The notes: generated from the sequence alone by a model not told the origin. Positions 25,293 to 38,636 are shown, counted from the stretch's first letter. The stretch: DNA of 64,000 bases from Selaginella moellendorffii (GCF_000143415.4 NW_003314261.1:4022880-4086879); one strand, 5' to 3'. Made by a program: numbers and translations.

Positions 25293-25480
25293 CCTTTTTG
25301 GAGCCTTGTTTATTGCTTGCTTCATGCTCGTTCTTTGAGCACTCCGTTGGGAGTTCTATTTCTGCTCTTAACCTTTCAAGTTGGAGCCTTTTAGTCCAAA
25401 TGTGTTACGCTCGTTTGGCTTTTGCTTTAGCCACTACCACGTGGCACTTTGGGGCTTAGGGATTTGTGTCTCACAAATAG

Positions 25481-26650
25481 ATGATAGATAAAATGTTAAA
25501 AGGTTTTGAGGAGTTTGTATAAACTTATTTGGTAACATGCATATTGGACCAAAGAGTCTAACATGTATGCGAGTTTGTGGGTGTTAAACACGTCAAAAAA
25601 GTGCTTTAGATCCTTGAGAAGCATTTTCTCAAACTCAAACTTTGAAAGTGTAAATTTGGATAAAACTTTTATAGAAGGACTTGGGGTTTTTAATTTCATG
25701 AGATAAAGTGCAATTAGATCTTTACATGATGTAGGTTATTGATAAAGTTATTGTTCCTTTTAATATTGCAAAGTTGTATAATGTCTTGAGAAAGGCTGTT
25801 TTTTTAGAAATTTGTGCCAATGTTTTTCCAAATTTCTTCTATTTGTGAAGTTTGATTTTGCAAAATGTGCAATGTTTTTGGTTGTAAAAATTTTAGAAAG
25901 CATTTGAAAAGCTTAAAAAGCTTTTGACTTTTACATTGGTTTTACACTATTCTTACTTTTGTTGTAGACTTATCTTTCACATAAATGCTTTTAATATGGG
26001 TTTTATTATTGACTTAATGAAAAAAACTGCTAATGATTCTATATCTTATTAGGTATATTAGTTATTCTATCATTGATGTGGAGAGCTATTGTAGAGGTAT
26101 TTTTAGAGTTTCATGCCTTATTTCATGGATTAAATATCTTGATTGAGATAGATCATACAATTGTGATATCAATTCTTACGCATAAGGTTGTGTAACATGC
26201 TCTCAAATGCATCATTATGTTTCTAAGCATATAAAACCTTTAAAAAGTTTTAGCTCTGCCAACTTGTTAAGTCATTAAAACTAATTTAAGTTTCCCATTG
26301 GTCATATATGACTTAATATAGCCTTTTCTAAATCTACTATAGAGTAATCAGTACATCATCATTACATATGATTACCTCATGTGTTGGATTTAAATATACA
26401 CCTACATAATATAACAACCAACTCAATTGCATAATTTATTATACAAATAGTGATTTTGTGACATGGTGTTCTAGGTGTATCCATTCTGACTAAGGTCTTG
26501 GGATAGCCTCTAAAGTGTTTAACAGCAGCTCAACATTAAATCGAAATAATACAAAAATCAAATGCTCAAACCAAGGTTGATATTCAGTAATCATAATTGG
26601 CCTTCCTTTAACAAAATAAGCAAACAAAATTTAAAAAATAACTTATGAGC
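25481..26650 (+). mobile_element. AT-rich, CpG-depleted transposon relic, possibly a second hAT
   Basis: Extreme AT richness; weak motifs GFIID and FHGLNILIE (cf. hAT CxxHxLNL). Confidence 0.3.
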
Positions 26651-27066
26651 TGTGATAGAGCATTTATTTTATCTAAATAGATTTAAAGGCTTTTTATAAG
26701 ATTTTTTGAGAAACTCTCTAAATAAAGAAAATTTTATTGTGCATTACATGTGATTTGCTTAATATTAGTGTTATTCATATTTATTAATTCATTTGATCAA
26801 ATGGAAGTTTATAATTTTAAATATGTTTTTAATTTATAAACACAAGATTAATTTTATTGAATACCAATGATAATATGGTAGAATAAACTAGAATATACTA
26901 GAAATTTTTTAGGAAAGTTTATAAAGTATAAACATATTTATAAATTATAAATAAGAAATTAATCTAAATGAATAACAACTGTTGGATGGTAGAATATTCT
27001 AAGATATTTAAATATATTCTAGATATCACCTTGAAAGTTTGCTTAAGTAAAAGAATATTAATCATT

Positions 27067-27069
<3 letters not shown>

Positions 27070-27119
<50 letters not shown>
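27070..27119. repeat. (GA)25 microsatellite followed by a diverged ~50-bp local duplication (27111-27160 / 27192-27243)
   Basis: Directly visible. Confidence 0.95.
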
Positions 27120-27122
<3 letters not shown>

Positions 27123-28093
27123 TGACATCTGGTACATGAATTATTTAGGGTGTTTAGTTCTTGAAATGAAGTGTTATTTACATCAAGTCAAAGAGAGAGA
27201 GAATTCAACATTTGGTACATGCATTATTTAGGGTGTTTTGTTCAGTTCATTTGGAGTTGGTTTCACTCTAGAATAGTTATAAATAACTTGGAGAAGATAG
27301 AGTTCACTATAATGGTCTGGTAATCTTCTGGGACCATAGGATCTCCAGATTTATAGATGGGAACCACACAGTTTAAAGTCCATTCCTGAGGGAAATCTTG
27401 ATGTGCTGCTCATTCAAAGAAGATGCACCACAGGGTCTCCACAGATGCACTCTCCATGCCTGGTATTTTGTTGTGAAAGGAACAGAAAAGGTATGGCCAC
27501 CTCTTCTTTTTAGTTGACACATCTCTTGACTGGCAAGTGTTTTTGATTCAAGAACAACTTTCCAAGAACAGCAAGTCTGATGGTATTAAGATGACTCGCG
27601 TTCATCTTGCAGCGCCATGTAAGTGAGTATGTTATCTGGGAAATACACTATTGATAAAATTTGCAGGTTGTGGTCATGGGAATGGAAAGTGACCAAGAGA
27701 ACAGATGGTCGGGACGGACACTTGCTCCATCCATGCAGGTCAATGCATTTTTTACTGCCTGAAAACCTGTTGCGTCCCAGGAATGTTGCTTCTACACAAC
27801 GTATCAAGCTCTTGAATAAAGGTCCTTTATCATATATTTGTATGTATTGTCACGCCTCACACTTTGCCAATGAGATCAAGTCAATTTTGAATACCTTGGA
27901 ACAACTGTATTCATGCGTGCAACTTAACTCTTGCAAAACTTTTCCAGGTCAGAGATAAGTCCATCTGAAACGCAGTCCAGCTGAAAAACTTGTTGAATGA
28001 AGCTTGTAATCTTCCTTTTTCAATTTATTCTCATAGTTTGACACTCTTGAACGATACCAGCTTTTAATTCTTGGCAACTTGGTGGCTAGGGCA

Positions 28094-29431
28094 ATGGGCG
28101 AGGGGGAGATTCGCGCTTGCTGCCGCCGGCTTTCGATCCACTCGCGTCTTTGCTGGGCTGCAAATGTCCAAACTTGCGTCGCTGATGATCCCGCCAAAGC
28201 GGCCAGCAGCAGCAGGATTTCTTGTGGCAGCAGCGTTGCCAAAGAGCAGCTGAGCAGGAAAGATGCGTTTGAGCTGATTGAAAGCTTGTACCGGGATCAT
28301 CCAGCGCCGGTTTGGCGGGTACGCACTCGCTCCTCTTAGTTTCGTTCTACGCGATGGATCATCATCTTCCAGGTAGAGAGTAGGAAAGCAATGGAGATAC
28401 AGCAGCACAGTCTTAAAACTTCCAAGTGTCTCATCTATGGAGAAGTCAGTTTTTTCTTCCTTTTTTGTGTTCTTCCGCCACAGTGGTGTGTTGTTTCTTT
28501 TTTGCTTCGACGCTCTCAGGTAAGCTTTATAGCTTTTGCAAGGATGCTGGAGCTGTGTGTGCCTCTGGCTATGGGGGACTCCTCGGGGAAAGGCTTCGCG
28601 TTCTACGACTTGGGATGTGGTGCTGGCCGTCCTGTGTTTCTAGCTCCAATGTTGCGGCCGGACTGCGTGAAATCTTGTGGAATCGAGATTATCCCAAGTA
28701 TGTCTGTTTTTTCGCTGTATGCAAAAGTTCTTATGTGTTGTTTCGTTTTGTCAGGCATGCACGAGATGAATCAGGAGCTACTTCTGCTGTACAAATTGGA
28801 GGTTCAAGAAGAAGAAAAAAAAAAAGTTGTATGGACACTTACACTTAACTTGAGATTGTTTTGCAGGTTCTCCCTTATTTGCATCCTTCCAGACGCGATC
28901 AAGACATCAGTTTTGTTCGAGGAGACTTTCTCCAGGTGCTGTTTCATGTTTACTGTTTTTTTCTCAAGCGGATTAATGGCATTTCCATTTTCAGGAAGAC
29001 TGGTCAGACGCCGACATTGTTTTTGCGAACGCAACATGTTTTGATGATCCATTATTCGAGCAGCTTGAGGTATGTTTATGTTTTGCTTTAGGAGGAGAAG
29101 GAAAGGAGAATTATTCTCTCCTAACTTTCCCCACCAGCAAAGAGCTACTCAGACACTGCGAAATGGCTCGATTGTGATTTCCGTTACAAAGCGGTTTTCT
29201 GGTGGCTCCTGGGAGCTTGTCCAACGGCAAGAGATGAAAATGAGCTGGGCGCCAGCGATCGTTCACGTCCAGAGGAAGAAGCAGCAAAATCCACACTCAG
29301 ACAAACAAACAACAGACAATCACATCTCAGCGAAAGTGATACAGGTTCTCCAGATAGAAACTACAAAAGATCATGTCTCACAGACACTGATAACTTTCAC
29401 AGATCACGAAGCGTTCGAGCAGCAACAATGA
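28094..29431 (+). CDS. DOT1-like class I SAM-dependent methyltransferase; about 7 exons
   Basis: Spliced translation: LIYGE|VSF, FYDLGCGAGRPVF (motif I), SCGIEI (post-I), FVRGDFLQ|EDWSDADIVFANATCFD (motif II), LRNGSIVISVTK, MSWAPAIVHV; canonical GT-AG introns keep the frame. Confidence 0.72.
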
Positions 29432-30795
29432 CAAAATTTAGAGGTTGGTCATTCTTTCGGATAGGAAAAAACGCGATTTTGTGGGCGCTCACATGTTTCT
29501 CACGTCGGTGTTTGATTGCAGCAACAGTCACCACTACTAGGATCGAATAAAAAGAGGGGAAAAAAAAAAGCCTGCGCCGTTTCCAGTGGAAGGTCGTTCG
29601 TATGCTGGAGAGCAAGCTGGATCTCGTTCGTTTTCCTCGACAACTTGGATCTCTCATGTGGCAGCGCATCAAAGCCAGCCTTAAATTCACGCACTTTTGT
29701 TTGTAAGGTTCGTGGTTGGTGTTCTTCTGGTTCTGACTCTCTCTTTCTTTCGTTTTTCTTTCCTGATCGACTACAAAGAGTGGGATATGAGGAAGAACTT
29801 GGAACTTGTGTTCTGTGCATGGCTCAAAATCCGGCCTTTTCACATGCGCGCACGAGGTGTTTTTAGAACCGATCTCTCACTGGCAGAAACAGACGTCGAC
29901 GCTCCTGGAAAATTCGCCTCTCCAGGGAGAAATCACTAAAAACTCGCCGACGCAAGCAAGCAGAGATTCATCCTTTTCTTTGCTAAGTCAACCTCCAATC
30001 ATCCGGGATCAAGTAGCTGAGAAGTAAGAACTTAGTGCGATCCGGAAGATAAACAAATCACAGGCAAACAAGAGCAAAAACAATGAATTCTTCTCGAGGA
30101 ACAGTTGCGACTTTAAAGGCAAAACTTGGTGGCATCAATCACAACGAGGAAAGAGAAAACGAGGGAGCATCCAAGGAGAAAGACGGACAGTCACCACTAT
30201 CTACGTATACGCATACATTCAAACCGTGTTCCAGGGGGCGGTCAGCCGTAGTTATAAATCGGACACGGCTGGCTGCCAGCGAGCCAGCAGCAACAGAGAA
30301 AAAAAAAATCGAAAAAACAAGAGAAAAAGAATGAAAAAGTGGACAAAAATCACCACCTTGAAACCAGAGTCATCCGCGTTTCCTCCATTACCAGGCAAGA
30401 ACACTCACACTTTGATCTTCTTCGTTTTTTCCTTTCACTACTTCGAATCTTCTCTTTAGCTCTTCTCTTCCATTTATAAACCCACTTCTCACGCCTTGTC
30501 TACGAAAGAGTGTTTTGTTCCTTGCGTCTCTCGGCCGGGTGTGGGTTGTCTCGATCCTTTCTCGCTGGTGATCCAGATGGGCTTGCTAGATTTGTAGCGG
30601 AGCAGCCAAAGTTTTCTTCTTCCATGATCCGGAAGTTTATTCGTCTATAGCATTGGTTTCTCAGCTCCAGCGATGGCCTCTCGCTAAGCCCGCTCCTTGC
30701 TCCTTTTTCTGCTTGAAACACAGCAGGAAGAGAGGGAGTTTTACTTCGCTTTCCATCTCGTGCTGGCTTGGACACCGATTTGGCAGCCCAGGAGC

Positions 30796-32874
30796 ATGGA
30801 GCTCCGACCTGCATTGGCGGTTCTCGTGCTGCTTGTCCTCGCGAGCTGCGCCAGGGGCGAAGACCCATACCTCTACTTTGAGTGGAATGTCTCGTTTGTG
30901 GATCTGGCGCCTCTGGGAGCTCCTCAAAGAGTAAGAGCTCAAGCTTTAGCTATGTGGCCAAGTTTCTCATGGTTTTTTTTTCCTTTCTTTTTGATTCTTT
31001 TGGTTTTGTAGGTGATTGCTATCAACAACCAGCTTCCAGGGCCTGAGATCGCCGTGACCACCAACAACAACCTCGAGATCAATGTTTTCAACAGCCTGGA
31101 CGAGCCTCTTCTTTTCACCTGGTAAGAGATTTTCTCAAAGAAATGTTTGGACATGGTTTCATTCAAGTTTTTTCTTCCAGGAATGCGGTGTGGATGAGGA
31201 GAAGTTCATGGCAAGACGGTGTGCTTGGAACAAATTGTCCAATCCCACCGGGAGCAAACTGGACTTACAAGTTCCAAGTGAAAGACCAGATTGGGAGTGG
31301 CTTCTACTATCCTTCGCTGCTCATGCAACGAGCTGCTGGAGGCTATGGTGGAATCCGGATTTACAACAGGGCAGTCATTGCGGTTCCATTTGCTCCACCA
31401 GCCGGAGACATCACAATGCTCATTGGAGATTGGTACAAGCAAAACCACACTGTAAGTCTCTCGTTGTTTCTTCCTTCTCTCTTCTTTAACTTGAGCTGTT
31501 CTTCGTTTTTCTCGCAGGCTTTGCGAGGAACTTTAGATGCTGGATTCATGATCGGTGCTCCGGACGGTGTGCTTATCAATGGCAGGGGTCCCTATGGATC
31601 ATACTTTGTCGTAGAGCCAGGTATGTAGAACTAAGTTGGTGATAGCGATGTGAGAAGAAAAATCGATTTTTTTCTTGCAGCAAACACTTACCGATTGAGG
31701 ATATCAAACGTTGGAATTTCCACAACACTCAACTTTAGAATCGAAGGCCACCGGATGCTCCTGGTGGAGACCGAGGGCTCCTACACCGTCCAGAACTTCT
31801 ACGACTCGCTGGACGTTCACGTCGGCCAGTCTTACTCGGTAATCATCACCACCGATCAAGCACCGGGAGACTTCCACATTGTCGCGAGCAGTCGCTTTGG
31901 AGTTCCAGTTTTAACCGGACTGGCAACCCTCCACTACAGCAATTCTCCGTCAACTCTCGGTGGAACACTCCCCCCGGGGCCCGATCCAGGCGATGTTGGT
32001 TTCTCGTTCAATCAAGCTTGGTCCATCAGGTAGAAAAATAAAAGAGCTCTTTTTCTTCTGTTCTCGAGGATCGTTCTAAGTTCTTGTGGCTCTTTTCCAG
32101 ATGGAACTTGACAGCAGGAGCTGCCAGGCCAAATCCTCAAGGCTCCTTCCACTATGGAGTGATCAACGTGTCAAGAACTATCAAGCTCTTCAACACTGCT
32201 CCCATGATCAACGGCAAGCAGCGGTTTGCGGTGAACGACATCTCCTACTTTAATCCGGACACGCCTCTCAAGCTCGCCGATTACTACAAGATCCCAGGCG
32301 TTTTCTCTCTCAACTCCATCCCGGATTCCCCCTACTTCAGCACCCCGTTCCTCGGAACCTCGGTTCTCAACGTGGACTACCACAGCTTCATCGAGATCAT
32401 CTTTCAGAACAATGAGGAGGTGATCCAGTCGTGGCATATTGACGGCTACCAGTTTTTCGTGGTCGGGTACGTACTTAGATGACGAAAAGAATGAAGAAAA
32501 AATGAGTTTTTACTTGGTATGTTTCATCCAGATTCGGACCCGGAGCTTGGAACGATACCAGCAGGCTAACTTACAATCTCTACGATGCTGTTGCTCGATC
32601 CACGACCCAGGTACGTGTGCTTGGATCCTTCAGAGGTTCGTTTCTTCGTGCTCAAAGCAGGAAAACTTTGCAGGTCTATCCAATGTCCTGGACTGCAATC
32701 TTCATGTCCCTGGACAACGTCGGAATGTGGGAGATTCGCTCGCAAAACCCCGCGCGGCAATACTTGGGCCAGGATCTCTACATGCGAGTTTACAACCCGG
32801 AGGAGGCTAGGAGCACGGAGACGGCAATTCCCAGCAACGTTCTTCGCTGCGGCAAAGCCGTGGGTCTAAACTAG
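30796..32874 (+). CDS. SKS: SKU5-similar (SKS) / L-ascorbate oxidase homolog, multicopper oxidase fold
   Basis: Signal peptide, EDPYLYFEWNV, SWQDGVLGTNCPIPPG, VKDQIGS, LLVETEGSYT, WNLTAGAARPNPQGSFHYG, SWHIDGYQFFVVG, LDNVGMW; copper-ligand histidines mostly absent, as typical of SKS. Confidence 0.93.
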
Positions 32875-33038
32875 AAACAACCAACGACGCTCTCGATTTC
32901 TTCTGGAGGTGAAGAAAAGAGATTTTTTTTTCATTCTTTTTTATCGGAAACATGAATCTATCGTTCTGTGAGTTACAACTGAATAATTCAAGAGGGACCA
33001 TGGATTCCTCGAGGGGAAATAGTCGTTCTTTTGGGTGG

Positions 33039-34271
33039 CTAGAACTTTAGAGAGAGTGAGAGAGGCGCACAGGTTGCTCTAGTCGTCGCGCCTCCAAAGT
33101 CGGGCATGGTAGTGTGGCTATAACAAGCATCGTCGAGCTTTTCAGTTGCTCCTCCGGATCCACTCAAGAGAGCGCTGGTGTTCTTGTGGGTGATGAGAAC
33201 TCCACTGTTGCTGCTGCTACCGCTGCCGTGATCTTGCGGATTGCTGCCAATGAATCCATCGAATTGGTGGTACTGGATCTCAAATTGTTGCTGTTGCTGC
33301 TGGTATAATTGCCTCAAACTCTCGGCCTCTTTTCGAAGAGCTTCGTTGTGAGCTGCCAAAAGATCAATCGTAGAGATCATCGAAAAAAAAAAACAAGTGT
33401 TTTCTTGTAAACATACCGTCCTTGAGACGCACATTTTGCACCAATGCAGCTATCCTCTGCTTCATAACACCGTTGTCGACGTTCAAAAGAACTCTTTGGT
33501 GGTCCAAAAATGAGACCTGAGGTGTGAGTGTTGACACTTCCATCTTTTTCAAACGAAAATAGATGGTCAAAAGGTGTTGTATGAATTGATTGGCAATCTT
33601 ACCTGTAAGGAACTTACGTTCTTCTCCAATTCTGCTATGTACTGTAGCTTTCTTATCCGCGACCTCTGAGCAGATTGCCTGTTTGCAATGATCCTACATT
33701 TTTTCACAAAGTTTATGAAACATAAGATCTTCACAAAAGAGAGAAAACAAAGCCTATGAAACAGAGAGAGTGCGAGAGAGGCAGAGGAAAGCATACCTTC
33801 TGGCTCTTTTCGGATCCAAGCTGGGATCGAGAGATATATCATCGTCTAGAACTTGATTGGCGACAACAACACAATCACCATCCTGGCCATCGGAGATTGT
33901 TGGCGATGAATTCTTGGGGGAGATATCAATTTTGTTCATAGAACCCTCGAGAAGAACATCTGAGAGCTGTTGTGGATTCTTGACAAGCTGCTCCTCTTTC
34001 TCATGTCTCTCATCTGTTTGTGCAATTGCTGGAGGAGGGCTGGCGTTATCGATAAAAGCGGCAGTGTCACTCACAGATCTCCTGTGTTTGACTGAGGAAG
34101 TGGTAGCACTGCTGTTGGAATAGTCGTTCATCAACCAGCCTGTGTGTCATGAATTGTGGAGAGCGAATTAAAACCCAAATCACTTGCAAGTACTTGCCTA
34201 CCAGTTGAGTGGATTTTGTTGCTCCCGAAATTGGGCAATCCAAATCCAAGAGGCCATCCAAAATCTTCCAT
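33039..34271 (-). CDS. bZIP transcription factor, group E (bZIP34/bZIP61-like)
   Basis: MEDFGWPLG.. exon 1; KHRRSVSD; DPKRARR|IIANRQSAQRSRIRKLQYIAELE; zipper with proline (TLTPQVSFLDHQR); HNEALRKEAESLRQLY. Confidence 0.88.
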
Positions 34272-34548
34272 TCGATCGAGAGTGATTGATCAACAACAAA
34301 CAAACTAAAAACTTTCTGGAGCGGTTTTAAGTAGAAAAGAGCCTTTTTTTCTTTAATCTCTTGAAAAAAAAAAGAGAAAGAAAATGTAACAAGAAGATGG
34401 CGAGCACGCTTGCACGTTTGGCTAAAAATGGCATCCACGATGACATCCATTAGTTTACTGCCTAAATTTGATATAATCCGCATTATTCTCAAGATTATGC
34501 GCTAAATCACATTAGGGTTACTCTAGGGCTTTGGGTAGAAGAGACGCA

Positions 34549-35576
34549 ATGGCGCTAGTGAGGGCGGAGGTGGTGCTCAAGAAGCCCGTCACATTCGTCA
34601 CAGGCAATGCCAAGAAGCTGGAGGAGGTAAAGATGATCCTCGGCAATTCCATCCCCTTCTCGACGCTGCGCGTTGATTGTAAGCTTCGCATCTAGCGGCA
34701 TTGAGCAGTTTCGTTCTAAATGTTGGCTTTTCTCCAGTGCCGGAGCTTCAGGGAGAGCCCGAGGAGATCTCGAAAGAAAAGGCGCGCATTGCTGCCAAAC
34801 AGGTGCCACGAATCCAAGAAGAATGTAGATAGAAAAGTTTTGGTTTTTTTTCTTGCGAAGATTGATGGAGCTGTGCTCGTCGAGGATACATGCCTGTGCT
34901 TCAATGCTCTACATGGCCTTCCAGGTTTTGAGTTCTTGGAAGCTCTTGCAGGAACTAATTCTCTTCGAATTTTTCCATTCAGGGCCTTATGTGTAAGCAT
35001 TGGAAAACGCCTCATTGGTTTCGGAAAATGGATGCTTTTGTGCTTGCAGGAAGTGGTTTCTTCAAAAGCTTGGCCACGAAGGTTTGATACGATACTTCTC
35101 ATTCGTTTTCTTTTTCTAGTATCTAATGTGGTGTGATGCTTCAGGCCTCAATAACATGCTGGCAGCGTACAAAGATAAATCCGCTTATGCGTTGTGCGTC
35201 TTCTCACTAGCTCTCGGGCCTGGCTTTGAGCCTATAACATTTGTTGGACGCACTGAGGTAGATTTTTCTCGGAAAAAGAGTTTTTTCTTTCTTTCCCCGT
35301 TTCTAAGAGAAGGGCGATTCACAGGGGAAGATCGTTCCAGCGAGAGGGCCAGCAGATTTCGGCTGGGATCCGGTGTTCCAGCCAGATGGAAGCGATTTTA
35401 CGTGAGTGTTTTGCTCCATCATTCGCCTTCTTACATCTAGTTTTTCTCTGGGCCACAGCTACGCAGAAATGCCCAAGGACGAGAAGAATAAGATCTCTCA
35501 CCGGCGCCGCGCACTGGACAAAGTCCGAGATCATTTCCGGGAGTACGATTTCGTTGTGAGGAACGATGATTCATAA
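34549..35576 (+). CDS. ITPA: Inosine triphosphate pyrophosphatase (HAM1 family); 8 exons including a 10-nt microexon
   Basis: [35 protein letters not shown]|[24 protein letters not shown]. Confidence 0.95.
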
Positions 35577-35925
35577 ATGTACCGACAAAAAATCATCTTT
35601 TCCTTTTCCTAAAAGCTTCTAGCAGCCACGAGGAAGATCTACGTAAGCAATGTAAGCTTTTGATATATCCCTCTATGCTAATCCGCTTCTCCAATGGATC
35701 GAAGGTGTGAAAGTAGAGTAAAGTGGCCCTCCAGATTCCAGCTAATGATCGGTGAATGTTGTCTCCACGTTAGCAAGTTCAAAGCGCGCGAGGCACTCGC
35801 GGGAGCAGCCCATGTGTCGTAATCCACCGCGGCTGTCGTTGATCTGACTTTGTCTACCATACGTAAAATCCCCGAGAAATGGGTTCACGTTTTTCTCGAT
35901 CTCGAGATCGCCCGAATTGTGTGCC

Positions 35926-38357
35926 ATGGCCGTGTCTCGCGACGAAGATGCGCTGGAGCAGCCGCTGCTGCAGGACGATCCAGCAAAGCTGGAGGAGGAG
36001 CTGCGGAGCTGCAACCACGATCCGGATTGCCCCGGATGCAAAGTTGCCTACCTCAAACACCCCAAGGCCGGCGCTCCACTCCGGCTGCTCCTCGGCCTCG
36101 GCTTCGTCATGCTTTGCACCTGTAAGCTCCCCTCCCCGCTGCAAGATCAAGATCACTACTAGCTAGTTGATCCCATCCTTCCTTGATTTGCAGGTCTTCC
36201 AATCTCGGTGGTCTATCCCTTCCTCTATTTCATGGTATGAGGGATCCCATGGATCACAGCGATTGATTTGTTTCTTGGCAACTTGGATGATGATCCAGGT
36301 GAAAGACTTCCACGTTGCGAGGGTGGACGCAGACATTGGATTCTACGCGGGATGGATTGGTGAGGATGAAGCTCTGGATAAGTTTCGATAAGTTTATTCG
36401 ATCGACTCGTAGGATCCTCTTTCATGATCGGGAGGGCGTCAACCGGGATCCTATGGGGCAGCATTGCCGACAGATACGGTCGGAAGCCGACAATGTTCGC
36501 GGGTGTCGCATCTGTGTACGTAGCGCTACATTTTTGAATTTGGTTCCTTGAGATTTCTGCATTTCTTTAGTTGATGGCTAAAGTTTTTGGAAACAAATGC
36601 GTGCAGGGTTGTGTGGAACACGCTGTTTGGGCTGAGCACCAATTTCTGGATGGCCGTCACCACGCGCTTCCTGCTCGGCTGCTTCAATGGGATGCTGGGC
36701 GTCGTCCAGGCCTACGCATCGGAGCTCTGCAACGAAGAACAGCAGCCGCTCGGACTCTCTGTGGTAAGAAATCATCCCTTCAGTCATTTTGCAACGAGAA
36801 GAATTTGATCGATGTCTCGTTGGTCGTCAGGTAGGGACCGCTTGGGGATTTGGACTCATCGTCGGCCCCGCTTTGGGTGGCTTCTTGGCTCAAGTAATAT
36901 CAAACCGAAAACTTTTGCTCAAGAATGCCGCTTGTAACGCATCGTTTTGGTTGTGATGTTTTCAGCCAGCTCTCAAGTACCCAGACGTCTTCACGAGCGG
37001 GTCACTGTTTGACCGGTAAGGTATTTTCATGAATTCTCGTTTGTTCTCACATTCTATCAATTTTCTTTCTCTCCAAGGTTTCCATACTTATTGCAAGCCC
37101 TTTGCATTTCCTCCATCGCTGTTCTTGGTTTATTTGTTGTCTGCCTCTTACCGGTAAGTGTGAACGAAAGAAGAAATAAAACCAAGTATTGTGGTTTCAG
37201 GAAACATTGCACAGGAAGAGCTCCGTGCCAAAGGTTAAAGACTTGGAGAAATCGAATCCAGGCGATTCGACAGAGGAGAAAGTGGAGTCTATCTTCAGGA
37301 ACTGGCCTTTGATGGCTGCTATGACGCTATACTGTCTCTGGTCGCTCCATGATATGGCCTACGACGAGGTAAGAATGAAAGGAAAACTATGCGCGCCTAT
37401 GTTGGTTGTTGCAGCTGTTCGCTCTGTGGTCCGTGAGCCCAAAGTCTTACGGGGGTCTCGGTTACACGAGTTCTCAAGTTGGATCAGTTTTAGCAGTTGC
37501 AGGTTCGAAATTACTCTTTCTTTCTCCAAACTAAATTGGTGGAACTTTTGTTGTAGGTTGTGCAATACTTGGATCTCAACTTGGAGTTTTTCCAACAATT
37601 TGTAGACTCCTTGGACCGATCCGGGCCTGTCGGTATGGAGCCGTAAGTTCCAACATGTAGTTTTTCCTTAGCGTAACACTCATTCCTTTGTGTGTTTTGA
37701 GCAGCTTATCACAATTCCCCTTCTGGTAGCATATCCATACTTTGGCAGGATTCAAGGACCTTGGCTTTCTGTAACGGTCTATGCTGCCTCGGTTGTCAAA
37801 TGCATTGTCACGGTATTCTTGTCATTCTCTTTGCTTTCCAGTTTTCACACCGTAAATCTCTTCCAGACCGCCGTAATGACGGGATCATTCATACTCATCA
37901 ACAATTGCGTGGTACGTTTTTCTCTGTGAAGAGAAAAAGCTGCCTCTCTTTTTTTTTTAATTGGCTCTCACTCACCATGGTTTCCTAAAAATTGGCCAGA
38001 AGCAACGCCAGAGAGGAGCCGCCAATGGTTTCTCGCTCAGCATTGTATCCGTGTTCAAAGGACTGGGCCCAGCGATTGGAGGAATAGTGTGAGTTCTTGG
38101 AGAGGAAAAAACTTTGCTAGAAAACACTGACTTCGATTCCTTTTCAGCTTTTCTTATGCTCAAAAGAGACAACATTCATGGTTCTTCCCGGGTAATGTTC
38201 CAAAATCATTTTTTTTCTTCTTCTTACTTTATTCTGACTGTTTCCAGGCGATCACTTGGTGTTCCTCTTTCTCAACGTGTTTGCGCTGCTCACGGTTCTC
38301 ACATCTTTCGAGCCATTCCTGCCAAAATCGGCCAACCGGCTAATCGCTGACGACTGA
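35926..38357 (+). CDS. ZIFL1: MFS transporter, ZINC INDUCED FACILITATOR-LIKE; copy 1
   Basis: EQPLL dileucine, CPGCKV, IGFYAGWIG, WGSIADRYGRKP, RFLLGCFNG, FPYLL, ETLH, GGLG, QRGAANG. Confidence 0.92.
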
Positions 38358-38429
38358 TAGAAGGAGGCCTTCTATTGATTTTTTAACCCTGAAGGGTGAA
38401 AATAATAAATCGTGATTAGGGTTTTGCGT

Positions 38430-38636
38430 CCTTTGGAATTCGAATTTTTCCATTCAGGGTGTAAGCATTGGAAAAAGCTTCAGTGGTCACGGAAAATGGA
38501 TTCTTGTGTGCTTGCAGGAAAAAGCTTGGTTAGCTTTTTATGATTTCTAGCTTTCTAGGATAGTTTTCATTTTCTCTGGAATTTAATGTGTGATGCTCCA
38601 GGCCTCAAAAACATGCTGGCAGCATATAAAGATCGC
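38430..38636 (+). pseudogene. Degenerate partial copy of the ITPase gene (matches about 34965-35180)
   Basis: Near-identical intron/exon text, e.g. tttccattcaggg..tgtaagcattggaaaa and aggcctcaa.aacatgctggcagc; internal deletions. Confidence 0.85.

Larger units (their letters stand above)
23041..25475. mobile_element. Solo LTR (or internally deleted LTR element), about 1.84 kb without the nested TRIM
   Basis: Begins TGTTAA and ends CTCACA; perfect 5-bp TSD AATAG at 23036-23040 and 25476-25480; GC content shifts near both ends. Confidence 0.75.

Noticed and set aside
24364-25459. Long LG-, SP- and ES-repeat ORFs on both strands
   Set aside because: Products of the stop-poor minisatellite; no evidence for a protein
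27949-28242. Minus-strand ORF with a signal-peptide-like start (MATLLPQEILLLLAALAG)
   Set aside because: Antisense to exon 1 of the DOT1-like gene; no recognisable family or downstream exons
29440-30050. Possible miRNA or lncRNA upstream of the SKS gene
   Set aside because: No convincing fold-back and no match to conserved miRNAs I can recall
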